IMG/VR virus record: IMGVR_UViG_3300042894_004439
Coordinates: 1 to 64,000 of that record
From: a virus
Length of the DNA: 64,000 nt
Reading direction: 5' to 3' (one strand)
Every line of letters starts with the position of its first letter. The first letter of the stretch is position 1. The notes under the pieces are model-generated. The model had not been told where the DNA came from. It worked only from the letters and a program-made list of their open reading frames with translations, and ran no database searches. The position numbers and the translations under genes are program-made. Below, one piece after another: positions 27,688 to 37,701 of the stretch.

Positions 27688-28149
27688 ATGTCAAATTTCT
27701 TACTGCGTTGGTTGGAACGTCATGACCGTAAACGTATCATAATGGATCGAGTCAATGACGCACCTTATTTAGAACGTTATTATGTTTTTTTAAAAGATCG
27801 TGCACGTTTTCCATTCAATGTGTTTTTACATCGATTCTTAAAAAGCGACCCAGATGATGTGCATGATCATCCGTGGCCGTATTTTACTCTCATTCTAAAA
27901 GGTGGCTACACCGAATGGATCCCGCATTTTAACATGCACGGTCAAAAAGTCATGGAAGTTGCAGTATGGCGCGGTCCTGGGCATTTTAGATTTAGCCGTG
28001 CAACCAGTTATCATCGTATTGAAATAGATCCAACAGTTGACACATGGACACTGTTTGTTCCTGGCCCAAAACAACGAGACTGGGGCTTTTTGACTCGCAC
28101 CGGATGGATAGAAAGCGAGCAGTATCTTGCTCAACGGGCTCAACAATGA
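27688..28149 (+). CDS. cupin-like protein
   Basis: LHRFLKSDPDDVHDHPW..ILKGGYTE..HRIE..WTLF. Confidence 0.75.
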   Translation: MSNFLLRWLERHDRKRIIMDRVNDAPYLERYYVFLKDRARFPFNVFLHRFLKSDPDDVHDHPWPYFTLILKGGYTEWIPHFNMHGQKVMEVAVWRGPGHFRFSRATSYHRIEIDPTVDTWTLFVPGPKQRDWGFLTRTGWIESEQYLAQRAQQ

Positions 28150-28304
28150 TTTACTTAAATATTGCCATAGTGATGCTGACCGGGTACTGGTTAGTGACCT
28201 TTGATTACACAGAACGCCGGATCACTTATATTTTTGATGGTATAATTTTTAGTTGGAATTTGGCAGAAATTTTGTTGTACGTAAATAAACTATTGGGGGA
28301 ATAA
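28146..28304 (+). CDS. small membrane protein
   Basis: ATGA overlap, two hydrophobic segments. Confidence 0.55.
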   Translation: MIYLNIAIVMLTGYWLVTFDYTERRITYIFDGIIFSWNLAEILLYVNKLLGE

Positions 28305-28305
28305 G

Positions 28306-28665
28306 ATGGACATCAACATTGGTGATATTGTGATCGGTATGGTATTCGGTATTGTGTTATCCATAATGACATTTAACTGGATAATGAACAGAATTGGTGC
28401 ACAAATTGCTGCCGAACTAGAGCAGGCACTGCCTGACAACATAGGTGTCACTGTTGAGGTTGACCAAAATGTAATTTACTGCTATAATAGCGAAACAAAT
28501 CAATTTCTCTGTCAAGGGCAAACACTGAAAGAAATACAGGAAGCATTCCAATCAAGATTTCCCAACATCAGTGCTTATATTGTTGGCGGAGATCCTGCAG
28601 TTGTGGCACAGTGGAAAAAAGAAATAAAAAATGAAATTAGCAATCACATCAGATCTACATCTTGA
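28306..28665 (+). CDS. hypothetical protein with N-terminal TM
   Basis: GGGGA SD; contains an embedded promoter at 28460-28488. Confidence 0.7.
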   Translation: MDINIGDIVIGMVFGIVLSIMTFNWIMNRIGAQIAAELEQALPDNIGVTVEVDQNVIYCYNSETNQFLCQGQTLKEIQEAFQSRFPNISAYIVGGDPAVVAQWKKEIKNEISNHIRSTS

Positions 28666-29428
28666 ATTCAGCGACATTGTTCTTGAGAACAATGAGTCAG
28701 CTGATGTGTTGATTCTTGGCGGTGATATCTATGTGGCAGACTCACTGACATCTGCAGTGACAGACTTTTTTCAGCGTGTGAGTTTTCGATTCCCTGAAAC
28801 TATCTACGTCATGGGAAACCACGAACACTATCATGGAGACTATGCCAAAAGTGCTGAGCGTATTCAAAACATGTTGGATTCGTTGAACATCCGCAATGTA
28901 CATTTATTGGATCGTAGCACATTAAAACTTGGTGATATCACATTCATTGGTGGCACACTATGGACTGATTTTAACCAGCGTGACCCATTGACCTTGCACG
29001 CCGCAGGCTCAATGATGAGTGATTTTCGCGGTGTTCGAAACACCAATGATCATGTAAGTTGGAAGTTTTTGCCTGTGCATGCTTTACAAGAGCACACAGA
29101 CATGATCAACTATATAAAACTAGTGCTAGATAATCGTCGGGCCAACAACATACATGATCCAAATGTTGTGGTAGTAGGTCATCATGCTCCGAGTTTTCAA
29201 AGTATCGCAGAGCAGTACCAGGGTGACAAAGTGATGAATGGATGTTTTGCAAGTGATCTAAGCAAGCTGATTCTGAACTATCCAGAGATTGTGCTTTGGA
29301 CTCACGGGCACATGCATGATGAGTTTGACTATGAAATTGGCACCACACGAGTGGTCTGCAACCCAAGAGGCTATCATGGATATGAAACCCGAGCCAACAA
29401 TTTTGTCATCAAATATGTTGATGTCTAA
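28631..29428 (+). CDS. metallophosphoesterase
   Basis: SDLHLE, GGDI, MGNHEHY, GTLWTD, GHHAPS, HGHMH, CNPRGY. Confidence 0.92.
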   Translation: MKLAITSDLHLEFSDIVLENNESADVLILGGDIYVADSLTSAVTDFFQRVSFRFPETIYVMGNHEHYHGDYAKSAERIQNMLDSLNIRNVHLLDRSTLKLGDITFIGGTLWTDFNQRDPLTLHAAGSMMSDFRGVRNTNDHVSWKFLPVHALQEHTDMINYIKLVLDNRRANNIHDPNVVVVGHHAPSFQSIAEQYQGDKVMNGCFASDLSKLILNYPEIVLWTHGHMHDEFDYEIGTTRVVCNPRGYHGYETRANNFVIKYVDV

Positions 29429-29472
29429 TTGTACTCACAGTGAAATTGATAAATGGATTGAATTTGCCGAGC

Positions 29473-29742
29473 ATGAGATTTAGTTTTCAAGAGTGTCCAA
29501 GTTGGTTTACTAACTATGTAGTAGATGAATTTTTAGATGAGTTTCATTCTGGTGCTCATGCTACAAATGCAGTAAGTGATTCATTGAATGATTCTACACA
29601 GAGAGACAAGTTATTGGATTATGCAGTAGAATTTTTTACTGCCAAAGGGATTTGTGTTAAAAAGCAAGATCGTCAAATTTGGTTTGACATAGATGAAAAT
29701 GATCCAAAATATTTTTGGCTTATATTAAAATGGAGTGAATGA
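29473..29742 (+). CDS. hypothetical protein
   Basis: ORF in a coupled chain; ends WLILKWS. Confidence 0.6.
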   Translation: MRFSFQECPSWFTNYVVDEFLDEFHSGAHATNAVSDSLNDSTQRDKLLDYAVEFFTAKGICVKKQDRQIWFDIDENDPKYFWLILKWSE

Positions 29743-30002
29743 TGAGCAAACGAATTTATGAACTTGCTGAGCAAGCCGGAGCCTATTGCGAATCACTCAG
29801 AGGTGGCGATTATAAACCGCCAGTACTGGATGGCATGAACTTGGAAAAGTTTGCTGAGTTATTGATTCAGGAGTGTGCTGACTTTGCGTACCAGCAATCG
29901 ATCTACTGTAAAGGTGTTCCATGGAATCAAGTTATTAAACAACATTTTAACATGGAAATAACAGACGCTGATCGAGCACCGTATTTTAGGACAACCACAT
30001 GA
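29739..30002 (+). CDS. hypothetical phage protein
   Basis: RIYELAEQAG..LEKFAELLIQEC pattern typical of small phage proteins. Confidence 0.7.
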   Translation: MMSKRIYELAEQAGAYCESLRGGDYKPPVLDGMNLEKFAELLIQECADFAYQQSIYCKGVPWNQVIKQHFNMEITDADRAPYFRTTT

Positions 30003-30676
30003 AAATTTACAAAAGCAACTACCGATATCATTGGGTCAGTCCATATACCATTCTAAAAGCAGTTTGCTTTTGGGAAAAGGACGATGATGTTTTTTACAAT
30101 CACGAAGATACGCCCGGCCACAAATACGACAAATGGGTGGCCCGTTTAGAACCCATTTGCAAGGCCTGGATGAAGTTTTTAGACTTTGTTCATCCCAAGA
30201 TCAACTATGTAAAAATTGACAGATACGATACCTGGAGCATGGATCATACCCTGGCTGACATAATCTTGCCCATGCTCAAACAGTTGAAGACAACCAAGCA
30301 TGGCTCTCCCAGTGTGGATGACCAGGATGTGCCTGAAGGACTAGGATTGAGAAGCACAGAAGCCGGACCCAAGGAAAACGAGTGGGACACCGACGATAAC
30401 TGGTTCAAGCGTTGGGATTGGGTGTTGGATGAAATGATCTTTGCGTTTGAACACAAGGTCGACGATTCCTGGCAAGATGCTTTTCGCTCAGGCGAATTTG
30501 ATCACAAAACAGTTGCCTGCGAATGGGACAAAAATGGCAAAGCCACCATGTACCACTGGGAAGATGGTCCAAATCACACATACAAATGTGACTACGAAGG
30601 CATGAAAAAAGTAGAGGAACGTATGCAAAACGGATTTGCATTGTTTGGCAAGTATTATCAAAATCTCTGGGACTGA
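29999..30676 (+). CDS. conserved hypothetical phage protein
   Basis: DTWSMDHTLA..ILPMLKQL..RWDWVLDEMIFAF..FGKYYQNLWD. Confidence 0.8.
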   Translation: MKIYKSNYRYHWVSPYTILKAVCFWEKDDDVFYNHEDTPGHKYDKWVARLEPICKAWMKFLDFVHPKINYVKIDRYDTWSMDHTLADIILPMLKQLKTTKHGSPSVDDQDVPEGLGLRSTEAGPKENEWDTDDNWFKRWDWVLDEMIFAFEHKVDDSWQDAFRSGEFDHKTVACEWDKNGKATMYHWEDGPNHTYKCDYEGMKKVEERMQNGFALFGKYYQNLWD

Positions 30677-31146
30677 TGGAAGAAAATAACTCAGCCAAAG
30701 GCCGTGCCAGTTTTGATATAACTACAGGCAACACTTTGGTTAATTTTATTAACCGAAACGTCACACCATATCCTACCGAAGCTGGTGGTCCTAAATTTGA
30801 TCTGATTCCTATAGAGAAACAGAAAGACATAATGATCAATCATGCTAGGATGTATGCCCAGCAAGAGTATGATAGAATTATGGAATTGGTTACAGTATTA
30901 CAGAAACAAGCAGAAGACATCAAACGCAGACTTGATGTCACTGACATGGTTTATGCAGCAGAATATCAATTTCAAATTGTTATGGGCCAGTATTATTGGT
31001 TAGCGTTTGACACAAGAAAGCAAAAAATGATTTTATCACTTCACGGTCCAACTGAATGGAGCACAGGTAAACCAGAAAACTATGACTACATAACACAAGT
31101 CAAGTACATGGGCGACCATACCTGGATGGAAATTCAACATGACTGA
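30676..31146 (+). CDS. DUF2452-like protein
   Basis: PYPTEAGGPKF, coiled coil, LSLHGPTEW, DHTW. Confidence 0.65.
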   Translation: MEENNSAKGRASFDITTGNTLVNFINRNVTPYPTEAGGPKFDLIPIEKQKDIMINHARMYAQQEYDRIMELVTVLQKQAEDIKRRLDVTDMVYAAEYQFQIVMGQYYWLAFDTRKQKMILSLHGPTEWSTGKPENYDYITQVKYMGDHTWMEIQHD

Positions 31147-31408
31147 ACCGCAAAGTTCTGCAGTTTTTGCATCACATGTGAAACAATTACTAGCAGACAC
31201 AGATCACAAAAAAGATCTTTGTGTTTACAAAAAAATTCCATTGATCGAATACACGGCATGGAAACAACAGTTTTCTTGGGATGCACTGTACGGTCTACGT
31301 TATGCTCAAAGTTTTTGCAATCATTTTAACATAACAGACAACATACTGTACCACGACACAAACATTGATCGAGCAGATAAGTATATAAAGGAACAGTATC
31401 TTGAATAA
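31139..31408 (+). CDS. hypothetical protein
   Basis: Coupled ORF. Confidence 0.65.
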   Translation: MTEPQSSAVFASHVKQLLADTDHKKDLCVYKKIPLIEYTAWKQQFSWDALYGLRYAQSFCNHFNITDNILYHDTNIDRADKYIKEQYLE

Positions 31409-31835
31409 ACGTCTTTATTTTGCGTATGGTGCCAATATGAATCGTGCGGTCATGCGCCGCCGATGCCCTACCGCTCAGCCGATCAAAGCCATGATGTTAC
31501 AAAACTGGCAATTGGAATTCTACAGCCATGCCACCATAATTCCGGTCAACGGTGCACAATGTGCCGGTGTACTGTGGTCGTTGACACCGCAGGACGAAGA
31601 TGAACTGGATCATTTTGAAGGATTTCCGCATTATTATTCAAAACGTGATTGGCGTCAAAATGGTAGTGATTTTTTCTTTTATGAAATGAACGGTCCACTG
31701 GGCGGTTATCCTGGCGAACGTTACGTAAATGATATTGGCTTATCTTATACTCAGTGGCGCTTGCCCGAAAAATTATTTGATGCGGCCATTGATCGAGTGT
31801 ACACCAGATATGATCAAGAATATCCTGCCACCTAA
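31401..31835 (+). CDS. gamma-glutamylcyclotransferase-family protein
   Basis: YFAYGANM..RCP, LDHFEGFPHYY. Confidence 0.85.
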   Translation: MNKRLYFAYGANMNRAVMRRRCPTAQPIKAMMLQNWQLEFYSHATIIPVNGAQCAGVLWSLTPQDEDELDHFEGFPHYYSKRDWRQNGSDFFFYEMNGPLGGYPGERYVNDIGLSYTQWRLPEKLFDAAIDRVYTRYDQEYPAT

Positions 31836-31837
31836 TC

Positions 31838-32074
31838 ATGCTATTAGATCCTCCGGTTAGTTATCTCCGAGAAGCAGTGAGTTTTAGTCATGCCTGCGAA
31901 ATCACCAAACCATTTGGAGAAATTGAATATATTTTAGCTTGGTGCAAATTAGGAATGGACGATGAATGGCGTTGGCAATTGATAGAAACCAGTTCTGACC
32001 GCACTCCGGGAAAATATATCTTTTATTTTGATTCAGAACGGGATTACCTGGCATTTGTAATGCGGTGGCACTGA
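31838..32074 (+). CDS. hypothetical protein
   Basis: 78 aa, ends FYFDSERDYLAFVMRW. Confidence 0.65.
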   Translation: MLLDPPVSYLREAVSFSHACEITKPFGEIEYILAWCKLGMDDEWRWQLIETSSDRTPGKYIFYFDSERDYLAFVMRWH

Positions 32075-32133
32075 GTTGACACCAATTCAAATGTGTGCTA
32101 TAATTTAACTGTTATAAACTCTTTGGATAAACC

Positions 32134-32379
32134 ATGATGAGCCTTTTGAACTTGACACTACGCCCTACTGTAATATTTGATGTAACAAATGTTGAACATA
32201 GAAAAACTGTTGAACAATTTTTTCGTACTGGCACCTGGCGGCGTACTGATGTAATTTTTTTGTTGGAAACTCCCTACTATGATTTACCGGCAATGGTTAC
32301 TGCTAAACTTACAGATTATTATCTTCAATGTGAATTTGCCCCGTCAAAAGACAAGAAAAAACAAATTCAGGTGTTATGA
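32134..32379 (+). CDS. hypothetical protein
   Basis: Follows TTGACA-17-TATAAT at 32076-32104. Confidence 0.7.
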   Translation: MMSLLNLTLRPTVIFDVTNVEHRKTVEQFFRTGTWRRTDVIFLLETPYYDLPAMVTAKLTDYYLQCEFAPSKDKKKQIQVL

Positions 32380-32708
32380 CCCATACTTTTATAGCCATGT
32401 GGGACTGCAATGGTCTTGAATACCTCGATGACGTCACTGCAGATGAACAACGAGTCATGTGGGAACGACTACAAGGCAAGTCCAGCCCAAGACATGCACT
32501 TGCTAACCCATTCCATCTCAGACTCAGGGCACAGGCAAACCCTCAGCGCAACTACGAGATTTACTTGTTTTCTGTTGATGATGGAATAACCAAACAGGAT
32601 CTAGTGGAAGCATTTGATACAAATCCCCAATACATAGTGGATCATATACGCAAAAATGGCGAATGTTTTTACAGTGACCGCAACACCAACAAAAGAGTGA
32701 TTGCCTAG
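32376..32708 (+). CDS. hypothetical protein
   Basis: MWDCNGLE..LRAQANPQRNYEIY. Confidence 0.7.
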   Translation: MTHTFIAMWDCNGLEYLDDVTADEQRVMWERLQGKSSPRHALANPFHLRLRAQANPQRNYEIYLFSVDDGITKQDLVEAFDTNPQYIVDHIRKNGECFYSDRNTNKRVIA

Positions 32709-32808
32709 GTTGACAACTGCTTTGTTTTTTAGTACAATTACAACTGTTTGATAGAGTGGCTTCGTGCTGTTTTAAAAAACAATTTTATTAATTTTAAAGG
32801 AAATTCAA

Positions 32809-33999
32809 ATGACAACAACTGTCAATGCTATCACTTTGCCTCGTACTGTGAACAGAGGTGCCAATCCGTTTGCACCCATTGTGCTACAACAAAATCGTCG
32901 ACTTACTCCTAACCAGGCTCGGGCCATTTATGTGCCGCTGACTCAAAGAGCCGCAAAGGCCAATGCCAATACCAAGGTTCAAAAAGCCGTTGCAGATTTA
33001 AAAGCTCGTCTTGCTGGACAAACATATACACAGGAGCATTTTGGTGAACTCCTGCTGGTACCAGCCAGTGAAATTGACATCAATGTTGAGATCCAACGTG
33101 ATGAGGAAGCCGACCATCAAGCAGACATTCTTGAACGTTTTGATCCACGCATTATCATGCCTGTGATGTGCACCAAATTGGCCAATGGTAGATACAGTGC
33201 CTGGGAAGGCCAGCAAAGTTCTTGTATCATATTCCACTTGATGCAGGCTGGATTGGTCAGCCCAGACCATTTGATCCAGATCAAATCTTTTGATGAAGAC
33301 ATGGCAGTTCCTGGCAGTGATCTCAAAGGCGAAGCAGTAGGCAACTATGGATTCCGACAGATCAATGGTGGCATGCGCAAACCCATTGATGCATTTCACC
33401 TGCATCGCAGTCGTGTAAACGGTGTTAGACTGTACAATTCAGAATTTACTGAAGATGTGCAAAGTGAAGAAATCCAGCAGATACTTGAAAACAACAGTAT
33501 GTTTCCGGCCAAGGCCAGTGCAGCTCAAAGCAATCAGGCCACACCGGGCATGGTCACATACCTGCATGGTTGTAACTTGATTGCTGGACACGGCACAGAA
33601 CAAAAAGTGTTTGATTTGGCCAAGCAAGATTTGGACTGGGCACTAGCCTGGCACAATCGCTATTACCCAAACGAAAAAGGTGTAGATGGCGGTTTTATTT
33701 TGGCATTTGGTCGACTGCATCATGCGGCTCGTGTCAACAAACCTGCAGTCAAACTGGATGCAGCAATGGAAAATGATCTGTTCAACATGTTCAAAACACT
33801 GTATGGTTCACCCAAGGCCTTTCATAAAGATTGTAAACAACGTCTGGAGTCATTTCAGTATGCCAACAATCTAAACAAATCCTGGAGTGACAGTTGTCTC
33901 ACTCCAATTTTGGTGCTGGACTATCTTGATGCCAAAAAGTATGCTGGCAAATTGAACATGCCTGTGGTACCTGGTATGAATCTGTATGCAGGAATCTAA
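32809..33999 (+). CDS. ParB/Srx- or DGQHR-like domain protein
   Basis: IQR..FDPRIIMPV..YSAWEGQQ..FRQIN resembles the ParB-like QR/DGQH core; promoter TTGACA-17-TACAAT at 32710-32738. Confidence 0.55.
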   Translation: MTTTVNAITLPRTVNRGANPFAPIVLQQNRRLTPNQARAIYVPLTQRAAKANANTKVQKAVADLKARLAGQTYTQEHFGELLLVPASEIDINVEIQRDEEADHQADILERFDPRIIMPVMCTKLANGRYSAWEGQQSSCIIFHLMQAGLVSPDHLIQIKSFDEDMAVPGSDLKGEAVGNYGFRQINGGMRKPIDAFHLHRSRVNGVRLYNSEFTEDVQSEEIQQILENNSMFPAKASAAQSNQATPGMVTYLHGCNLIAGHGTEQKVFDLAKQDLDWALAWHNRYYPNEKGVDGGFILAFGRLHHAARVNKPAVKLDAAMENDLFNMFKTLYGSPKAFHKDCKQRLESFQYANNLNKSWSDSCLTPILVLDYLDAKKYAGKLNMPVVPGMNLYAGI

Positions 34000-34348
34000 A
34001 CCTTATTACTTTTATCTGTGGCGCCATCGTTTTGTTGATGATGCTACAGATAACATCCTAACCAGGACTTGTTTTGGCATCACTGGCAACCCAACAGGCC
34101 GTACACAAGGCTACGAAGGTCATGTTGGGCACACAGTAAAATTCACAGGTTTATGGACAGGTCCAGAACGGCTTGTACGTGAACTAGAAAACAGAATCAA
34201 ATCTGATTTTTATCAACACATTGTAACAGGCACTAATGGATTTAGATACGAGTGGATCAACGAAAACATTGACCATCAAGCGGTACACGGATGGGTAGAA
34301 TGGGAAATAGAAAATACATTCATTGGAATAGAACGTGTCACTGATTGA
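33986..34348 (+). CDS. GIY-YIG-like small protein
   Basis: YFYL..FGIT.NP..R..Y..LENRIK..EWI (T5orf172/GIY-YIG pattern). Confidence 0.55.
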   Translation: MQESKPYYFYLWRHRFVDDATDNILTRTCFGITGNPTGRTQGYEGHVGHTVKFTGLWTGPERLVRELENRIKSDFYQHIVTGTNGFRYEWINENIDHQAVHGWVEWEIENTFIGIERVTD

Positions 34349-35489
34349 AACCTATTACAATAACATCTGTGCAGAGTGGGGAGTGATCCCCACTTCTGAC
34401 GAATACACTGGTTACGAATCTGTAGATAGTCAACTCCGAGTGTTGAGCAAACAGGCATGGACTGCTGCAGACGATGCCGGCAAAGAAGCCATACAAGAAG
34501 CGGCATTTCAAATATATAGATCAGTTGGCATTGTTCCTATAACTTATTACAGTTTAGAAGGATGTCGTCAACAGATTCATGCAGTGGCTGCGGCAAAAAA
34601 ATCGGTTAAAAATAGCACTTTGGCCATTGGCGGTTCAGCAGGATCAGCATTTGGCCGTTTTTGGTTTCCCAACATGCAGGATGCCAAATGGAACAACAAT
34701 GACACTGTGAGTATTCGGTCACGGTTCAATCATGACAACAAACTCAGACGTGCCATTAAGATCTGTTACAAGTTCCGTGACAATGGAGATCAAGCAGTTC
34801 ATCCTCGGAGTCTTAGAACCGCACTGGAATTGGTCAACGGCGGTACCATACAGAATTTCAAGCCAATGAATGCTCAGGCCATATGGGAATACATTTGTCC
34901 GGTGTTTCGCGGGCAAGTGTTGGATTTTAGCTCAGGCTACGGTGGCCGCATGCTGGGAGCATTGACCAGTAATCTACGCTATCATTATTCGGGTATAGAT
35001 CCCAACACTCGCACCTATCAAGGTCTCGTGGCACTGGGCGAATTGATCACTGATTGTGGAATGGGTGCCGGATATGAAATGCACAACTGCGGCAGTGAAG
35101 AACTGGAGTCAGCACCTGACGCATACGATGCAGCATTTTCAAGTCCGCCTTATTTCAATCTGGAAACCTACTGCGATGAACCCACTCAGTGCATGAATCG
35201 CTATCGTAACCTTGATGCTTGGTTTGAATCTTATGTTGTGCCCACATTGCAAATGATACATCGCAGCTTGTGTTCAGATGGCATATATGCAGTAAACATA
35301 GCAGATTATAAAAATGGCAAAGAGCAGTTTGAAATTGTGGATCGATGGAAAGAAATAAGCAAGCAGGTCGGTTTTGAATACCAAGAAACTGTGAACATGT
35401 TATTGACCACACGACCCGGAGTAGGAAATAACAGAGCTGAGCAGGCTACAAAATCTGAAGGCATTTATATTTTTACCAAAAAACAATAG
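34335..35489 (+). CDS. DNA amino-methyltransferase (N4-C/N6-A type)
   Basis: Motif I LDFSSGYGGR, GIDPN, motif IV FSSPPYFNLETY. Confidence 0.88.
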   Translation: MSLIETYYNNICAEWGVIPTSDEYTGYESVDSQLRVLSKQAWTAADDAGKEAIQEAAFQIYRSVGIVPITYYSLEGCRQQIHAVAAAKKSVKNSTLAIGGSAGSAFGRFWFPNMQDAKWNNNDTVSIRSRFNHDNKLRRAIKICYKFRDNGDQAVHPRSLRTALELVNGGTIQNFKPMNAQAIWEYICPVFRGQVLDFSSGYGGRMLGALTSNLRYHYSGIDPNTRTYQGLVALGELITDCGMGAGYEMHNCGSEELESAPDAYDAAFSSPPYFNLETYCDEPTQCMNRYRNLDAWFESYVVPTLQMIHRSLCSDGIYAVNIADYKNGKEQFEIVDRWKEISKQVGFEYQETVNMLLTTRPGVGNNRAEQATKSEGIYIFTKKQ

Positions 35490-35570
35490 TTTGTCAACTA
35501 AATGTGTTGCCCAGGCGTTGTATATATGTAGGGATAGAAATTTCTACATTAACCAAAAAGGAAACTTATC

Positions 35571-35792
35571 ATGAAATTAGTCGCAACTTTGATCGCTTCA
35601 GCATTTGCTGTCTCTGCTTTTGCCGCAGAACCTGCCAAGAAAGAAGAAAAGAAAGCTGATGCCAAGCCTGCTGCCACAGCACCTGCTAAACCAGCTGCCG
35701 CACCTGCACCAGCAACGCCTGCCAAAAGTGAGCCTGCTAAGAAGGACGCACCTAAAGCAGACGCCAAGGCAGCTGCACCGGCATCCAAATAA
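35571..35792 (+). CDS. secreted Ala/Lys/Pro-rich small protein
   Basis: Signal peptide MKLVATLIASAFAVSAFA followed by PAKK-rich low complexity; AAGGA SD. Confidence 0.8.
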   Translation: MKLVATLIASAFAVSAFAAEPAKKEEKKADAKPAATAPAKPAAAPAPATPAKSEPAKKDAPKADAKAAAPASK

Positions 35793-35973
35793 TCTAGATG
35801 ACAATGATGACTTCATAATAGACGATGAAGTCACATTTGGACGTAATCGCAGGAGTTTAGAGTTTGGAAAAGTAGTACACGATGATGAAGAACTTTCTGA
35901 TTATGTCCAAGATAGATTAGCATTGGCAAGATCCTTGGCAATGCAAGCATACAAAAAAGCCCACGCTACGTAA
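35659..35973 (+). CDS. possible overlapping +1-frame protein
   Basis: Frame is open across the previous gene and fills the 180-nt gap to the terminator with an ordered-looking acidic/helical sequence. Confidence 0.4.
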   Translation: MPSLLPQHLLNQLPHLHQQRLPKVSLLRRTHLKQTPRQLHRHPNNLDDNDDFIIDDEVTFGRNRRSLEFGKVVHDDEELSDYVQDRLALARSLAMQAYKKAHAT

Positions 35974-35990
35974 AAGTGCCTGGGCTTTTT
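35954..35990 (+). terminator. intrinsic terminator
   Basis: AAAAAGCCCA...TGGGCTTTTT. Confidence 0.6.
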
Positions 35991-36007
35991 ATTTGAATAT
36001 ATACACT

Positions 36008-36910
36008 ATGTTAGAATATGAACTGTCACAAACAGGCATTGGGTCAACACTGTCAATATTGTCAATGCTGTTGCATTCTGGAGAACCCATTACTCTGCAT
36101 ACGCCAGCATCAAACACAACTCTTAGAGAAATAAAAAAAATCTTTCAAATTGAACAATTGACCATTGTTGACAAACAGGCATTGGAAGATGATCTAATAT
36201 TAAAATGCACAGACAAAGGTAAATTTTTTAGTCCGTATCTTCATAATGATAATTTGGCTTTGTTTGGTAAACAATATCCTATCTCTGACCAGCGCAAACC
36301 ATGCATTGGATTGGCCACCTGGGACCTGCAGTATGAATTTGCAAACAATGCATTTCCTTACAATCGATTATATTCAAAAGAATTCTGGAGTGAAATTTTT
36401 CAGTTGGCGCAATCAGCGGGATATGATGTCATAACATTTAACAGATTAGATACCAGCATTGAACAAAAAGTCTGGCAGCTAAATGAACTATGTGATTGTG
36501 TGATTGGCTACGAAGGCGGCATGTGTCATCTTGCTCACACATTGTCAATCCCTACTGTAATAATGCCCTGGCATCATTATGAGGATGGACGTTCTCCTGA
36601 CTCTGATATGTTTTATGTACCACAAAAATTACACCTAGATCCCAAAACTTATTTTGTCAAAGACGAGCAAGAAATACTGTCTTGGACTCCAACATATTTT
36701 GCTGAACTAATAACACAGTTGCACGACAGTCAGGGAAATAGTGTATTTTTTAATAGTGACCTTATTATAAGCCCGCCCAATCTTAAAAGTGTTGCAATAA
36801 AAACTGTTGATGGACAAGAGTTAAACATAGTGTTGTCACAGTTTGAATTAGATTTCATTAAAAAATACATAAAAAATATTGCAATTGCCGGAATCAAATA
36901 TTCCATATAA
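36008..36910 (+). CDS. GT9 (heptosyltransferase)-like protein
   Basis: CDCVIGYEGGMCHLAHTLSIPTV resembles the GT9 DSGxxHxA motif. Confidence 0.6.
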   Translation: MLEYELSQTGIGSTLSILSMLLHSGEPITLHTPASNTTLREIKKIFQIEQLTIVDKQALEDDLILKCTDKGKFFSPYLHNDNLALFGKQYPISDQRKPCIGLATWDLQYEFANNAFPYNRLYSKEFWSEIFQLAQSAGYDVITFNRLDTSIEQKVWQLNELCDCVIGYEGGMCHLAHTLSIPTVIMPWHHYEDGRSPDSDMFYVPQKLHLDPKTYFVKDEQEILSWTPTYFAELITQLHDSQGNSVFFNSDLIISPPNLKSVAIKTVDGQELNIVLSQFELDFIKKYIKNIAIAGIKYSI

Positions 36911-36921
36911 AGTAGGATAAT

Positions 36922-37683
36922 ATGTCACGAATAATAGCGTTTGGAGATAGTTTTGTTGTGGGCGACCAAGATGATTTTGGCCCTGCTGATATAAACTACA
37001 ATCCAAAATTTCCACCAACACACAACATGCCGCCGATTGAAAGAGAAGAATATCTTAAAAACAATGTTAGTTTTGCGGCCATTATTGCAAAAAAATTAAA
37101 TTGCGAATTTCTTAACAAGGCAGGAAGAGGACATAGCAATTTTTACCAGTTGGATAGATTAATGAGAATTATCTACAATGGATTATTAACAGAAAAAGAC
37201 ACAATATTGTTTGGGATTACCACCACCTATAGAGATAGAAGAAGTCTGTCAGTCAATAATAAAGGTATAAATGACAATGGATTAGTAGAAAATCAGAATT
37301 TACGTTTTGTTGAGATATTTGATTTATTTTATATTATATCTGCATTGGATCAAATATCTAAGAAATACAAAGTAAATATAATCAAATTTAATTTATTTGA
37401 TAATCCATTGTATAGTTTTGAAGATCATTTAAATAGTTTTGATAAGATTCTTGAAACTGACAATTTCTTGGGTCATCAGTTTAATAATAATACTCTAGTA
37501 GATATACTCAATGATACTTGGGGGCAAAATTATAATAAAAGGCCACCTTATCACACTGAATTAACAGTATCGGATGCATACAAAAAATATTATACATGGA
37601 ATAATCATCCTTCAATATTGGGACATCAGAAAATTGCAGATTGGTTTTTACAAAATATCAACTGGTCCGATTTAATAAAGTAG
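36922..37683 (+). CDS. SGNH/GDSL-like protein
   Basis: AFGDSF, G.SN, NHPSILGHQKIA. Confidence 0.7.
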   Translation: MSRIIAFGDSFVVGDQDDFGPADINYNPKFPPTHNMPPIEREEYLKNNVSFAAIIAKKLNCEFLNKAGRGHSNFYQLDRLMRIIYNGLLTEKDTILFGITTTYRDRRSLSVNNKGINDNGLVENQNLRFVEIFDLFYIISALDQISKKYKVNIIKFNLFDNPLYSFEDHLNSFDKILETDNFLGHQFNNNTLVDILNDTWGQNYNKRPPYHTELTVSDAYKKYYTWNNHPSILGHQKIADWFLQNINWSDLIK

Positions 37684-37701
37684 TGCTAAAAAACAACACC
37701 T

